Positions 29,101 through 38,416 are shown, counted from the stretch's first letter. The stretch is 64,000 bases of DNA from a virus (IMGVR_UViG_2770939519_000001:1-64000), one strand, 5' to 3'. Numbers and translations: made by a program. Notes: generated by a model not told the origin, from the sequence alone.

Positions 29101-29174
29101 GCTCGCATCAGCTTCACGTAAACGGGGAACTACGTCAAGCCCGCAGGTGCGGAGCGGTGCTGGTCATGTACGGT

Positions 29175-30153
29175 TCAGTCGCGTCGGCGTCGCACGCCGA
29201 GCTCGGTGTCCAGGTAGCGCAAACCCTCTGCGGCGAAAGACAATTCCCGAGGATGCTGCGCGCCGAAGATATCCCGCAGTGTCGCTATCGTGCGGGGGAC
29301 CAGCTCGCCAAGGGTGCGGTTCTGCAACGTCCGTGTGCGAGAACCCTTCCAGATCGGGTACTCGACGCCACCGAAATCCTCTGGTGCCCGATGCCATCTG
29401 AGCGAGTCCATCCGAGCGTGCAGTTCCGCGCGATCGAGTGACACCGCTCCACCCAGCAGACATTGGCTGTGGATTTCGAACTGACTGAAGAATTCGATGC
29501 TGGTGCATCGCCTGTCTCACTCGGCGCGTGCAGGCTCAGCACCTGGCCCGACGGCAAGGTCGTGATGGCCCAATCCAGCCGCTCGGCGAAATCACCCCAG
29601 TCGATGCAGGTTTCGGCCGCATCGCGGTGAAACGGGCGATCCGGAGCGACTGATGTCAGCTTCCGAGTCCCCCCGTACAGCGCGTCCACCGGGCCGTCGT
29701 TATCGGCCGCCGTGTACCGCAGCCGCTGCGGCGCGGCACCCAAACCATCCCGCAGCACCTCGACCAGCGTGGCCGCGATCTCCTTGCGAAACCGTTCATG
29801 GTTCGGCCAGCCGGTCTTGCACTGCCGCACCGACATATCGCGCGTTTCCTTGAATACCGAGGACGGCCCCCACATCGGACCGTCTTTCTGCCGCAGCACT
29901 TCTCCCGAGGGGAGGTGAATCGAACCGACATTGGTCGTCCGGTTCGACCGAAGCACGTCCACCAGTCGCCCCGCCGCCACCGGACCCTCGGGAATCGGCA
30001 CGATCACCTCGTTCCAGCCATGTTGTGGAACAGCACCCGATGTCCGGTCTCGACGTCGCGGATCTGGACGAGACTTCCATCGTTGGTGCCGTCGTGGCTG
30101 TACAGGTACAGCGGCAGATCCTCGAGCAATCGCTCCCAGCTGTATTCGGTCAC
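29175..30153 (-). pseudogene. Two-domain TY-Chap-like paralogue with two frameshifts
   Basis: VTEYSWERLLEDLPLYL...QIRDVETG aligns with VTRDWATLLQVMPDFL...QLRDLETG of 22007; DWGDFAERLDWAI matches DWDDFTDRLDWVL; shifts near 30015 and 29490. Confidence 0.6.
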
Positions 30154-30267
30154 AGTTATCCCCAATCCCTTTGATCGCCAACAACATAGCGACGCACCCC
30201 GACATCCTCGGCCCTGGCCGACTCAGCCAGACCGCTACGCCAGCGAGATCTCCAGGTTTGGGCTAGT

Positions 30268-31398
30268 TTGCGTGATATGCGTGATCAGATCGACGGACCG
30301 ACACAGTCCGCGACCGAGAATCCCGAAGCGGCGCAACCGAACCCGGCCCAGACTCGACGTTTCGGCCCGCTGTCCGCGATTCCGGCGATGGAGCAGCCGG
30401 ACGTCGCGCTGGTGGGTAAACCGGAGTACGCCGAACTGCTGATGACGACCGTCCGTCGGCGTGCCCGGATACACGGTCGATTGGTGGGCTTGGCGGCCGC
30501 GATCCCGCTTGTCCTGATGGTCGTGCTGTGGGTGTTGCACCAGGACGCCATCGCGATGGCCGTGACCGCGGTGGCTGCCTTCGTGGTATTCCTGCGGTGG
30601 ATGGGAATCGGGCCGCTGGCGCGGACCTATCGCGCGGTGATCCCACTCGACGGGCAGTCGATGACCATCCGATTCGGTCCCGACGCGTTCGACTTGCAAG
30701 GCCCCGGCGACCGGGTCCGCTTCCCGCACAGCCGCTTCCGCGCGATTCAGGTCGAGCCGGAAACGATTACCTTGCGCATGCGAAACACCCTGATCACCTT
30801 CCCGCGAGAACTGTTCCCGGACACGGCGATCGACTACCTCCGCGCCCGATTAGCCGGACATGACGATGTCGCCGCTCCGCCGCCGCTGCCCTCGCTCCCG
30901 CCGCTGGGTCAGCCGACCGCGCAGGTCACGGCCGGACCGGACACTGCTTCGCAGCTTGCCTGGGCAGTCACCTGGCGAAGCAATCGGCAACTGACCCAGC
31001 TCAATGCCATCGTTGCCGTGACGCTCGTACTCACCGCCGTAGTGGTCGGCGGTGAACGAGGTCTGGCCGCCGGTGCCTTCGCGGCGGGCGTGATCATTCT
31101 CGTCGTGCTGGCCGCCCGCCTGACCGCGGCGGTGATCGACTTCGCCCGCATGCAAAGAGGATTCACCGCTTACGCCGCCGACGGCGACGTGCTCGCCACC
31201 AGGTTCGGACCCGACGCGTTCGCGGTGCGCACCGCCGAAATGCACAGCCACATCCGATACGACAGAATCGCCAAACTGACCGTCCGCCGTCACACGGTGC
31301 TCATGACCCACGGCGGCCGTGCCACGGCGTACCCGCGGGAATTGTTCCCCGATACAGCAATAGCGCATATACGCGCGGCCAACCCGAGTTTGCTCTGA
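30268..31398 (+). CDS. Membrane protein with two tandem [2TM + YcxB-like] repeats
   Basis: Two hydrophobic hairpins, each followed by RFGPDAF...PRELFPDTAI. Confidence 0.75.
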   Translation: MRDMRDQIDGPTQSATENPEAAQPNPAQTRRFGPLSAIPAMEQPDVALVGKPEYAELLMTTVRRRARIHGRLVGLAAAIPLVLMVVLWVLHQDAIAMAVTAVAAFVVFLRWMGIGPLARTYRAVIPLDGQSMTIRFGPDAFDLQGPGDRVRFPHSRFRAIQVEPETITLRMRNTLITFPRELFPDTAIDYLRARLAGHDDVAAPPPLPSLPPLGQPTAQVTAGPDTASQLAWAVTWRSNRQLTQLNAIVAVTLVLTAVVVGGERGLAAGAFAAGVIILVVLAARLTAAVIDFARMQRGFTAYAADGDVLATRFGPDAFAVRTAEMHSHIRYDRIAKLTVRRHTVLMTHGGRATAYPRELFPDTAIAHIRAANPSLL

Positions 31399-31413
31399 GG
31401 CTGGGAGACATGG

Positions 31414-31449
31414 GTAGGCCGAGCGCCCTCCGGATAGCGCCCGGCCTAC
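31414..31449. terminator. Hairpin between convergent genes
   Basis: GTAGGCCGAGCGC...GCGCCCGGCCTAC; 13-bp stem with one mismatch. Confidence 0.6.
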
Positions 31450-31467
31450 GAAAAGCTCACCCCACCA

Positions 31468-31566
31468 CTACACGACCGCGACCACCGAACCGAGCAGCAA
31501 GCCGACAAACGACACCGCGGCAGCGACAGCGACACCGAGCAGACTTCCAACACCGGGCAGCAACAT
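31468..31566 (-). CDS. 32-aa hydrophobic peptide, copy 3
   Basis: MLLPGVGSLLGVAVAAAVSFVGLLLGSVVAVV*; GAAAGGA RBS. Confidence 0.8.
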   Translation of the reverse strand: MLLPGVGSLLGVAVAAAVSFVGLLLGSVVAVV

Positions 31567-31626
31567 GACCGTTCCTTTCGGTTGACTGTGAATAGGTAGG
31601 TAGTGCTTTCAGGGCCGCGCAGTCGA

Positions 31627-31725
31627 TTACAGAACCGCCACCACAGATCCGAGCAGAAGACCAGCGAAAGTCACCACAGCAGCGACAGCGACGCCGAGCA
31701 GACTTCCGACACCGGGCAGCAACAT
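31627..31725 (-). CDS. 32-aa hydrophobic peptide, copy 2
   Basis: MLLPGVGSLLGVAVAAVVTFAGLLLGSVVAVL*; GAAAGGA RBS. Confidence 0.8.
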   Translation of the reverse strand: MLLPGVGSLLGVAVAAVVTFAGLLLGSVVAVL

Positions 31726-31835
31726 GACAGGTCCTTTCGTAGGCGAATTGCAGTGCGAACGTTGAAGCAGGCACACGACACAGCAGGTGCGTGGCCTGGG
31801 GAAACGTGAATGCGAACTACGAACGTCTTCCGCGA

Positions 31836-31934
31836 TCAGATAATCGCGACCGCGGCACCCAGTAGGACGCCGACGAAAGCCGACACTGCGGCAACGGCGA
31901 CACCAGCAATACTTCCAACGACGGGCAGCAACAT
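31836..31934 (-). CDS. 32-aa hydrophobic peptide, copy 1
   Basis: MLLPVVGSIAGVAVAAVSAFVGVLLGAAVAII*; GAAAGGA RBS. Confidence 0.8.
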   Translation of the reverse strand: MLLPVVGSIAGVAVAAVSAFVGVLLGAAVAII

Positions 31935-32239
31935 GGAGCGTGTCCTTTCTGATGGTCCGGTATTCCGGTGCGGTGCTTCGTAATCCATGTCTACCCAGGC
32001 TTCTGAATTCATAACCACACAGACGCGCAATATTTTTCGCGCCCCGCACACCGGGTCATTTCCGGCATTTCGCTCGAATCAGGGTCGCGGTAGTCAGCGC
32101 CGACTTATGCCGAGTGCATGGCCGGGCAACTGTAAATCCAAGCCAGGACCACCCAACGCGCCGGTTATGGTTCATAGGCTATTGGGTTCCGACCGGGCAT
32201 TCACCCGTCGAACCGACGTCGGATCGGAAGGCAATCACG

Positions 32240-33040
32240 ATGACCGACCGCCCCTGGATCGAGCGTCCCCTCGGCGGCTTCGACCTCGAAACCACAAGCC
32301 CCGACCCCGAATCCGCACGGATCGTGTCGGCCTGCCTGGTACTGATCGAACCAACCGGCCCCCGCCTGCGAACCTGGCTACTCAATCCCGGCATCGACAT
32401 CCCCGCCGAAGCCGCAGCCATACACGGCATCACCACCGAACAAGCCCGCACCGAAGGAACCGACTACGCGAGCGGATACCGCGACATACGCCGAGAACTC
32501 TGCCGCGCGTGGGAAAACGGCTACGCGATCGCCATGTACAACGGCGCCTACGACTGCACCGTAATGGACCGACAAGGCCGCGCACTCGACTGGCCCGCCC
32601 TCCACGTCGGCCTCACCGTGGACCCGTACGTCATCGACCGCGCCGTCGACCCGGACCGACCCGGCCCCCGACGCCTGGACGCCACCATCGCCCACTACGG
32701 CCTCCCCATGGGAGACGCACACACCGCCGACGCCGACGCACTGGCAGCCGCCCGCCTGGCCTGGCTCCTCGGCCGCCGCCACCCCCGGATCGGCGCCCTC
32801 ACCCCCGAACAGCTGATGAACGCCCAAACCGACTGGCACCAAACCCATTCCGACAACTATCGCGACTGGGCCACCCGCAAAGCCGCCGAACTCCGCGACC
32901 AGGCCACCGCACTACAGCACCGAGCCACCGAACTGACCACCCGCGCCGCCCACACCGACGGCAGCTGGCCCCTCCGAAGGGTGTTCAAACATCGTGACAA
33001 CCACCTCCAGCCCACTAACCTCGAAACCGTGGGCACGTAA
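32240..33040 (+). CDS. DEDDh 3'-5' exonuclease (DNA pol III epsilon-like)
   Basis: GFDLETT, AIHGIT, MYNGAYD, DAHTADADALAA motifs. Confidence 0.9.
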   Translation: MTDRPWIERPLGGFDLETTSPDPESARIVSACLVLIEPTGPRLRTWLLNPGIDIPAEAAAIHGITTEQARTEGTDYASGYRDIRRELCRAWENGYAIAMYNGAYDCTVMDRQGRALDWPALHVGLTVDPYVIDRAVDPDRPGPRRLDATIAHYGLPMGDAHTADADALAAARLAWLLGRRHPRIGALTPEQLMNAQTDWHQTHSDNYRDWATRKAAELRDQATALQHRATELTTRAAHTDGSWPLRRVFKHRDNHLQPTNLETVGT

Positions 33041-33182
33041 TCAAGCGTCCCGCAGGCACTTTCGCCTAGGGAACCCGCTGGTGGTAAGCGGGACAACTGA
33101 ATACACAACTGAATACCCGCCGGTGACGATCTGAAGTCCCGGCACCCCGGCTCGAGCCTCGCGGATCCGCGCCGAGCCAACC

Positions 33183-33226
33183 CCGCCCCGGGCGCACGTA
33201 ATGTCCTTTCCGTGCGCCCGGGGCGG
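33183..33226. terminator. Perfect 16-bp hairpin between convergent units
   Basis: CCGCCCCGGGCGCACG-12 nt loop-CGTGCGCCCGGGGCGG. Confidence 0.65.
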
Positions 33227-33232
33227 ATTCAG

Positions 33233-33472
33233 TTATCGCCGCATCGATGGCTGACGCCGCAATTCCTCGAGACTCAACACCGGCCCACCAATCGGGGTCT
33301 CGGCCCGCCCGCACTCGATCGCGGCCGCAATCTCGACATCGGTCAGCCCATGCAGATAACCGCAGCCGACCGCCGCCTGAGCAGCACCCGCATCACCATT
33401 GCGAACCGCGTCGGCGACAGCTCGCAGCAATACCACGACCTGCTGCGGACCCGGTCTGACGAACAGACTCAT
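33233..33472 (-). CDS. Small hypothetical protein
   Basis: ATGA overlap with the upstream ORF stop. Confidence 0.45.
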   Translation of the reverse strand: MSLFVRPGPQQVVVLLRAVADAVRNGDAGAAQAAVGCGYLHGLTDVEIAAAIECGRAETPIGGPVLSLEELRRQPSMRR

Positions 33473-34107
33473 CCCTGTCGCCCGGCACCAGCGAACGAAT
33501 CCAGACAAGCCACCGCCCGACTGTGGGCCAGGGCGACCCGTTCTCGAACATCGGGATCACCCGCGATCATCTCGGCCGCCTCCCAATGAGTCATCAACTG
33601 CGGGCAGTACAGCGCGCCGTCATCGATCAGATCACGGCCCCAGTGCGCCCGGTATTCCCAGACGCCCTGGTGCGCGCCACCGATCGCCCCACCTCGGAAA
33701 TGTCCGATCCGCCAGATCAGCCCACCGATCTCGATCTCGTACCAACGCGAATCGTCTACGCGCGCAACCGCTGTCGCCTCACGCTCAACACGCGCCCTGG
33801 CGCTATCGAGCACGGCCGTTCCGGAAACCCCGAGCCGCTCAGCGTATTTCGCGATATCGACAATCATATCGCCCACCGCCTCACCAAGCCGCTCCCGCCC
33901 GTCGCTGTTGCTCGCGGCGTCGGCCAACCACAGCAACACATCCTCCCGGCTCCCAGCGTGACCAGTGAGGGCGGCGTATTCGATAACCGCCGCGACCGCG
34001 CCCTTCTTACCACGGCATCGACCGCAAACACAGAAGTTGGACAGTGCCACCTCGACACGATTCGTCTTCTTCGTTCGGAAATTCCACGCCATTTCTACTA
34101 TCTCCAT
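33469..34107 (-). CDS. Hypothetical protein
   Basis: 212-aa ORF with globular composition; start uncertain. Confidence 0.55.
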   Translation of the reverse strand: MEIVEMAWNFRTKKTNRVEVALSNFCVCGRCRGKKGAVAAVIEYAALTGHAGSREDVLLWLADAASNSDGRERLGEAVGDMIVDIAKYAERLGVSGTAVLDSARARVEREATAVARVDDSRWYEIEIGGLIWRIGHFRGGAIGGAHQGVWEYRAHWGRDLIDDGALYCPQLMTHWEAAEMIAGDPDVRERVALAHSRAVACLDSFAGAGRQG

Positions 34108-34318
34108 CTACCAGATGCGCCCATCTGGCGCTTTCCTATGAGCAACTTATCGATATGAGAATGCGGCGCAGCGAGTATTTACACCCCACGCAACCGCTGA
34201 AAGCACGGCTGCGGGCGGATTCGCCCGCACCCCTCGGTACGATGGGCGAGGGCTCGGATCATCTAAGCCATGATCCGAGCCCTCTACCGTCTACCGCCGG
34301 TCACAACCGGTCACGCGC

Positions 34319-35698
34319 TCACTCTCGCCAGTGAATCGCGCCCTGCACCCGCGCCAGGTTCGGCTTCGAGCAGAGCCGATGCAGCGTACCGAGCCCACGC
34401 TGTACCGCCTCGGCATCCGCGACCGGGATGTTCTGGAACAACACAAGCTGCTTCGCGTCGGTCAACGGATTCGACAACCGCTTCGTGAGAAACCGGTTGT
34501 AGTACCGCCGCTCCCGAGTGAACACGTCCTCCGCACTCACCGGCATCAATACACTGTCCTGACCAATACCCGCCTCGATCGAATTCACGGCGAACGCACT
34601 GAGCAACTCATCAATGGTCAGATACGCATACGTCTCGCGCCCTTCCCGAGTAAGCCACGATTCCCACACCGGCGCGCAATCTCGATCATCCCGCTCGGCC
34701 GATGCCAGGAATGCCATCAATGACACATCCGACATCGCGTCGAACAGATCCCCGTCGATGACGTAGTGATCGGTGAACCGTTCACTCACTGCCAACAGAT
34801 TCGCCCTCTGTGCCGACGACATCCAGCCCGAATCGCTCAGCGAGTAATGAACACGTTTGTGACCGAACCGAAAATCGATCCAATCCTGCGACAGCGGACC
34901 GTCCACGCTCGGATGGAAACCGAGCACACCCGACCGCCACACGTGATCACGGAAGGTGATGTAATGCCGCTGCACCTCGCGAAACACGCCGATCGGCGCT
35001 TCGATCACCGCACAGACCCGCGTATCCACCTCGGCGAGCGGCACAATCCGCGAATTCTGCCGCACCACAACCTCATCGGCGTGATGGTGATAGGGATGCG
35101 CACCCGTCGCCAGGTAATGCGGCAGGAACATCCGCAGGAATTGCAACCACGCTTGCCTGCTGTACGACTGCACCACACGCTCATGCAGACTCGGTGCATC
35201 GACCGCGTACACATCGCGATACACGAAGTAGCCGTACGGCTGGATGACAGTCGGCAGAATCCGCATCATCGAATGCAGTCCCGTATACGCGTCCCCGTAC
35301 GAGTAGATCTCATGCAACAGCGCCGACGCCGAGACCATATCGACCGGTTCATCCAACAGTGACGCGATGTCCTGCGCCCACCCGTGAACGAGCGCACTGG
35401 AACCGATCGTATTGAACCGATCCATCGCGGTGAGCAGCGATTGCGAGACCACACCGGGTGCTTCGATCAAGGTCAGCCGCGCCGTCCGCGACCCTTCCAC
35501 CAGTCGATCGGTCAAGTATTCGACTGCCGCACCGCCACCCGGGCCGATCTCGACGATATGCGGGACATCATTCTCGATCCGACTCAATGCCCGATGGACA
35601 AGCATTCCTTTCTCGTCGCCGTGATCGTTGGTGGCGACATCCAGATACACCGTCCCCGACTTCTGTTCCTGCGCAAACTGATTAGCTGCCCCGTTCAT
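34319..35698 (-). CDS. Class I SAM-dependent methyltransferase with long C-terminal extension
   Basis: GAGGAGG RBS; IVEIGPGGG motif I, LIE, SASALLHEIYSY, VYRD. Confidence 0.8.
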   Translation of the reverse strand: MNGAANQFAQEQKSGTVYLDVATNDHGDEKGMLVHRALSRIENDVPHIVEIGPGGGAAVEYLTDRLVEGSRTARLTLIEAPGVVSQSLLTAMDRFNTIGSSALVHGWAQDIASLLDEPVDMVSASALLHEIYSYGDAYTGLHSMMRILPTVIQPYGYFVYRDVYAVDAPSLHERVVQSYSRQAWLQFLRMFLPHYLATGAHPYHHHADEVVVRQNSRIVPLAEVDTRVCAVIEAPIGVFREVQRHYITFRDHVWRSGVLGFHPSVDGPLSQDWIDFRFGHKRVHYSLSDSGWMSSAQRANLLAVSERFTDHYVIDGDLFDAMSDVSLMAFLASAERDDRDCAPVWESWLTREGRETYAYLTIDELLSAFAVNSIEAGIGQDSVLMPVSAEDVFTRERRYYNRFLTKRLSNPLTDAKQLVLFQNIPVADAEAVQRGLGTLHRLCSKPNLARVQGAIHWRE

Positions 35699-36260
35699 GG
35701 GGTGCCTCCTCATGAGTGAGTGGTGAGAGTTGGTCGAATCGACCTGGAACCTTCGGGAGAGCCGCGCGACCGCCACGGAAGTGGCGGATTGCGTTGTCGC
35801 GGTGCGTAGTTCGTTCACCCGATCCCCGTCGCCGCTCCGGTCGGTGCGGCGATGACACAAAGCTAGGGGACAAGATTGGCACACGTCAACTGTGAGTGAT
35901 TTTGAAAAGGGTAGAGGATCCTGCGCGCGTTATCAGGCGGTGCGGGCCATCGCCAAATCATGTCGCTGACCTGCGCAAATAAGGTGATGTGACGTGCGAC
36001 ACATACATCGCTTCGGGGGCGAAATCATCGCGAAACCAGGGTCATCCGGTGCATGGACTCGCGCCGAACGGGCGGGCAAAACGGTTGCCGCGCGGTCGAA
36101 TTCGCGCGCCTGGATGCGGCTCGCACCTTGCTGGTTCGAGGGGTGGGGGGGAGACCTCCCCCGCGCCCGCGAGCGCGTAGCGCATGACTCGGGTGATCGC
36201 TGGATGTACGGGTTCTCGGGGGCTTCTGGGTTGGCCCCCGGTCAAAGCGTCACGGTGACG

Positions 36261-36785
36261 CTATGTCTGACGCGCTGGTTCCGCGATGATGTCCACAGTC
36301 AGGCCGAACTTCGGTGCGAAGTCGACCAGGGAGTCCAGTCGAAAGAGGTTGGGGCGCCGTGACTTCAGCTTCGAGACGGTGGTGCGAGGGAGTCCGACGC
36401 TGTCGCCGAGAGCGCCTTGGGTGAGCGGTGAGCGATCGACCGCGACCGCAATCGCGAGGCCGAGCTCGCGGCTCATGTACCCGCTGTCGGTGTAATCGGT
36501 GTCGGCGCTTCGGTTTCGAGCTTCCAGCCAGGCGGGATCGTCGATGGAGTGCGGCTCGGTGTCCGCTCCCTCCAGGCTCATCCTTACGGTCAGGCCGAAG
36601 GGGGCGCAGTAGTTCACAAGCCGCTCGAGTGAGAAGCGGGTGACGTTCCGATCCGCGAGCCGACCGACCTCATGTCGATCAATGCCCGTGTCGAGGGCGA
36701 TCTCCTGAATCTGCTCATCCTTGGCCTCGATGGCGTCTGCTATCGCATCGATCAGCTTGGTGCGAAGTTCGAGGCTGGTGGGCAT
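36261..36785 (-). CDS. Tandem double XRE-HTH (HigA-like) regulator
   Basis: Two repeats: IQEIALDTGIDRHEVGRL...FSLERLV..FGLTV and TQGALGDSVGLPRTTVSKL...FRLDSLV..FGLTV. Confidence 0.8.
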   Translation of the reverse strand: MPTSLELRTKLIDAIADAIEAKDEQIQEIALDTGIDRHEVGRLADRNVTRFSLERLVNYCAPFGLTVRMSLEGADTEPHSIDDPAWLEARNRSADTDYTDSGYMSRELGLAIAVAVDRSPLTQGALGDSVGLPRTTVSKLKSRRPNLFRLDSLVDFAPKFGLTVDIIAEPARQT

Positions 36786-37348
36786 GTGGATGAGTGTACC
36801 GACACTGTCTCATTCACCGCAGGCGGCGTACATGTCACGCCGTCTATATCCCATGGGATGCATGGTACGGTTGGTGAGCGCCACTGTTCATGCCGCAACC
36901 CCCTGCGCCCGTGGGTTTTTCAACGGGTGGGACGCCTGACCCGCGTTGCCGTCGTGCCGTCAGAGGGCCATTCGCTTTCGTTCCCGATTCAGGGAGTCCA
37001 CCTGGTAAAGGCAGACTCGGGCAGGGGCGGCCGTGGTTGGTCGCAGTGGCTTCCTGGAGTGACCCAGTCCTGGGGCTCCGAGTAATTTCCGTGGGCCCGT
37101 TGTCCGACGAAGCGATCCGATCCGACCGACCGGGCGTGTGCACGTGGGGTGATCCGTAGCCGAGCGGTTACGGGGTTACCCTGCCTGGCTCCCCTTCACG
37201 CTCTCTCCCGAGCGGGAGGGCCTGGTTGGCGAGGTGGTTGATCTTGATAGATGGAAGCCGCTGAGTATCAATGGGATTCGAACAATTGATCTGGTTGCGG
37301 CCATAGGGCGCTGGGAGAATCGGTGGAGGTGCTTCAGGTGGTGGTGTC

Positions 37349-37654
37349 GTGACGTGGGGTTCCGGCGGTACGCGTGCGGTGAGTGCGCTGCATCGGCGGA
37401 ATCGGCCGTTGGTGTTGGCGCGGGACGGATTTCAGTGTCGGCTTCGGTTTTCGGGGTGCGCGGGTGATGCGGTCGAAGTGGACCACATCGTGAACCATGC
37501 GCGGGGTGGGTCGGATGAGATCGACAACCTCCAGGCGGTGTGCGCGCCATGTCATCGGAAGAAGACCGGATCGGAGTCCGCGCAGGCGCGGGCCGAGGTG
37601 AAACATGCGGCACGGCATCCGAATTCGTTGTTGAAGCACCCCGGATACAAGTGA
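37349..37654 (+). CDS. HNH endonuclease (packaging-associated)
   Basis: ARDGFQC...EVDHIV...GGSDEIDNLQAVCAPCHRKKT; sits before the terminases. Confidence 0.92.
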   Translation: MTWGSGGTRAVSALHRRNRPLVLARDGFQCRLRFSGCAGDAVEVDHIVNHARGGSDEIDNLQAVCAPCHRKKTGSESAQARAEVKHAARHPNSLLKHPGYK

Positions 37655-37661
37655 GGTAGCA

Positions 37662-37763
37662 ATGTCGGTCGATGTTGACAATGTGATCGTCGTGGGCCAG
37701 GCCCTGGTCACGGTTCTCGGTGTGATCGTGAAGGTCCTGCCGATCGTGCTGGGCTGGTTCTGA
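37662..37763 (+). CDS. 33-aa single-TM peptide
   Basis: MSVDVDNVIVVGQALVTVLGVIVKVLPIVLGWF*; GAGGT RBS. Confidence 0.5.
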   Translation: MSVDVDNVIVVGQALVTVLGVIVKVLPIVLGWF

Positions 37764-37945
37764 TCATCTTGCACCCACCCGCGGTATCGATACCGTGGGT
37801 GGGTGGCAGGGGTGCGTCTGCCTGCCCGCGTGTGCGATGCGGGTGAGAACAACGCGCGAGATTTGAATGCCGGTGTATCGCAATGTGATCCGTCAGGGGC
37901 CCTGTTGTGTCCGGCGAGCGGACCCGACACGGGAGTGACTTGGAT

Positions 37946-38416
37946 ATGGCTGGACGTAGGAGTGGTCCGCCGCCGAAATCGCCGGAGGAGCGGGCGCGAC
38001 GCAATGTCGATCCGCTGGTCGGCGCGGATGGGTGGACCGAGATCGGTTCGACGCCGTTCACGGGTGAGGTGCCCGAGATCCCCGAGTGGATCGAGGTGGG
38101 GCCGACGGGTCGCGCTGTCTACGAACATCTTTCGCGGTTACCGCAGGCGGCGATGTACGGCCCGGGTACCTGGTTTCAGTTGCATATGACGCTCCCGCTC
38201 ATCGAGCGGTATCTGACGCGTCCGGGTTCGGAGAACTACAAGGCCATCACGACGACTCTCGGAGCGGCGCTGCGCCTTACCGAGGACGATCTGGCGCGCG
38301 CCCGGGTGCGGGTCGCGGCGCCGGTGACCGAGGAGGACGCCTCGCCCGAGCAGCGGGCCCGCAGTGCGCGGGTGGCGTCGCTGGCGGATCGTCGCAAGCG
38401 GCTGATGGCTGGTTGA
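37946..38416 (+). CDS. Terminase small subunit
   Basis: MAGRRSGPPPKSPEERARRN N-terminus; ..RVASLADRRKRL C-terminus; position before TerL. Confidence 0.75.
   Translation: MAGRRSGPPPKSPEERARRNVDPLVGADGWTEIGSTPFTGEVPEIPEWIEVGPTGRAVYEHLSRLPQAAMYGPGTWFQLHMTLPLIERYLTRPGSENYKAITTTLGAALRLTEDDLARARVRVAAPVTEEDASPEQRARSARVASLADRRKRLMAG

Noticed and set aside
31468-31934. Repeat array as a possible CRISPR
   Set aside because: The repeats are 99-nt ORFs with RBSs and codon-position-biased variation; no cas genes and no constant repeat-spacer geometry.
33116-33180. Structured ncRNA after the tandem ACAACTGAATA motif
   Set aside because: GC-rich pairing is possible, but no recognisable family; needs a covariance search.
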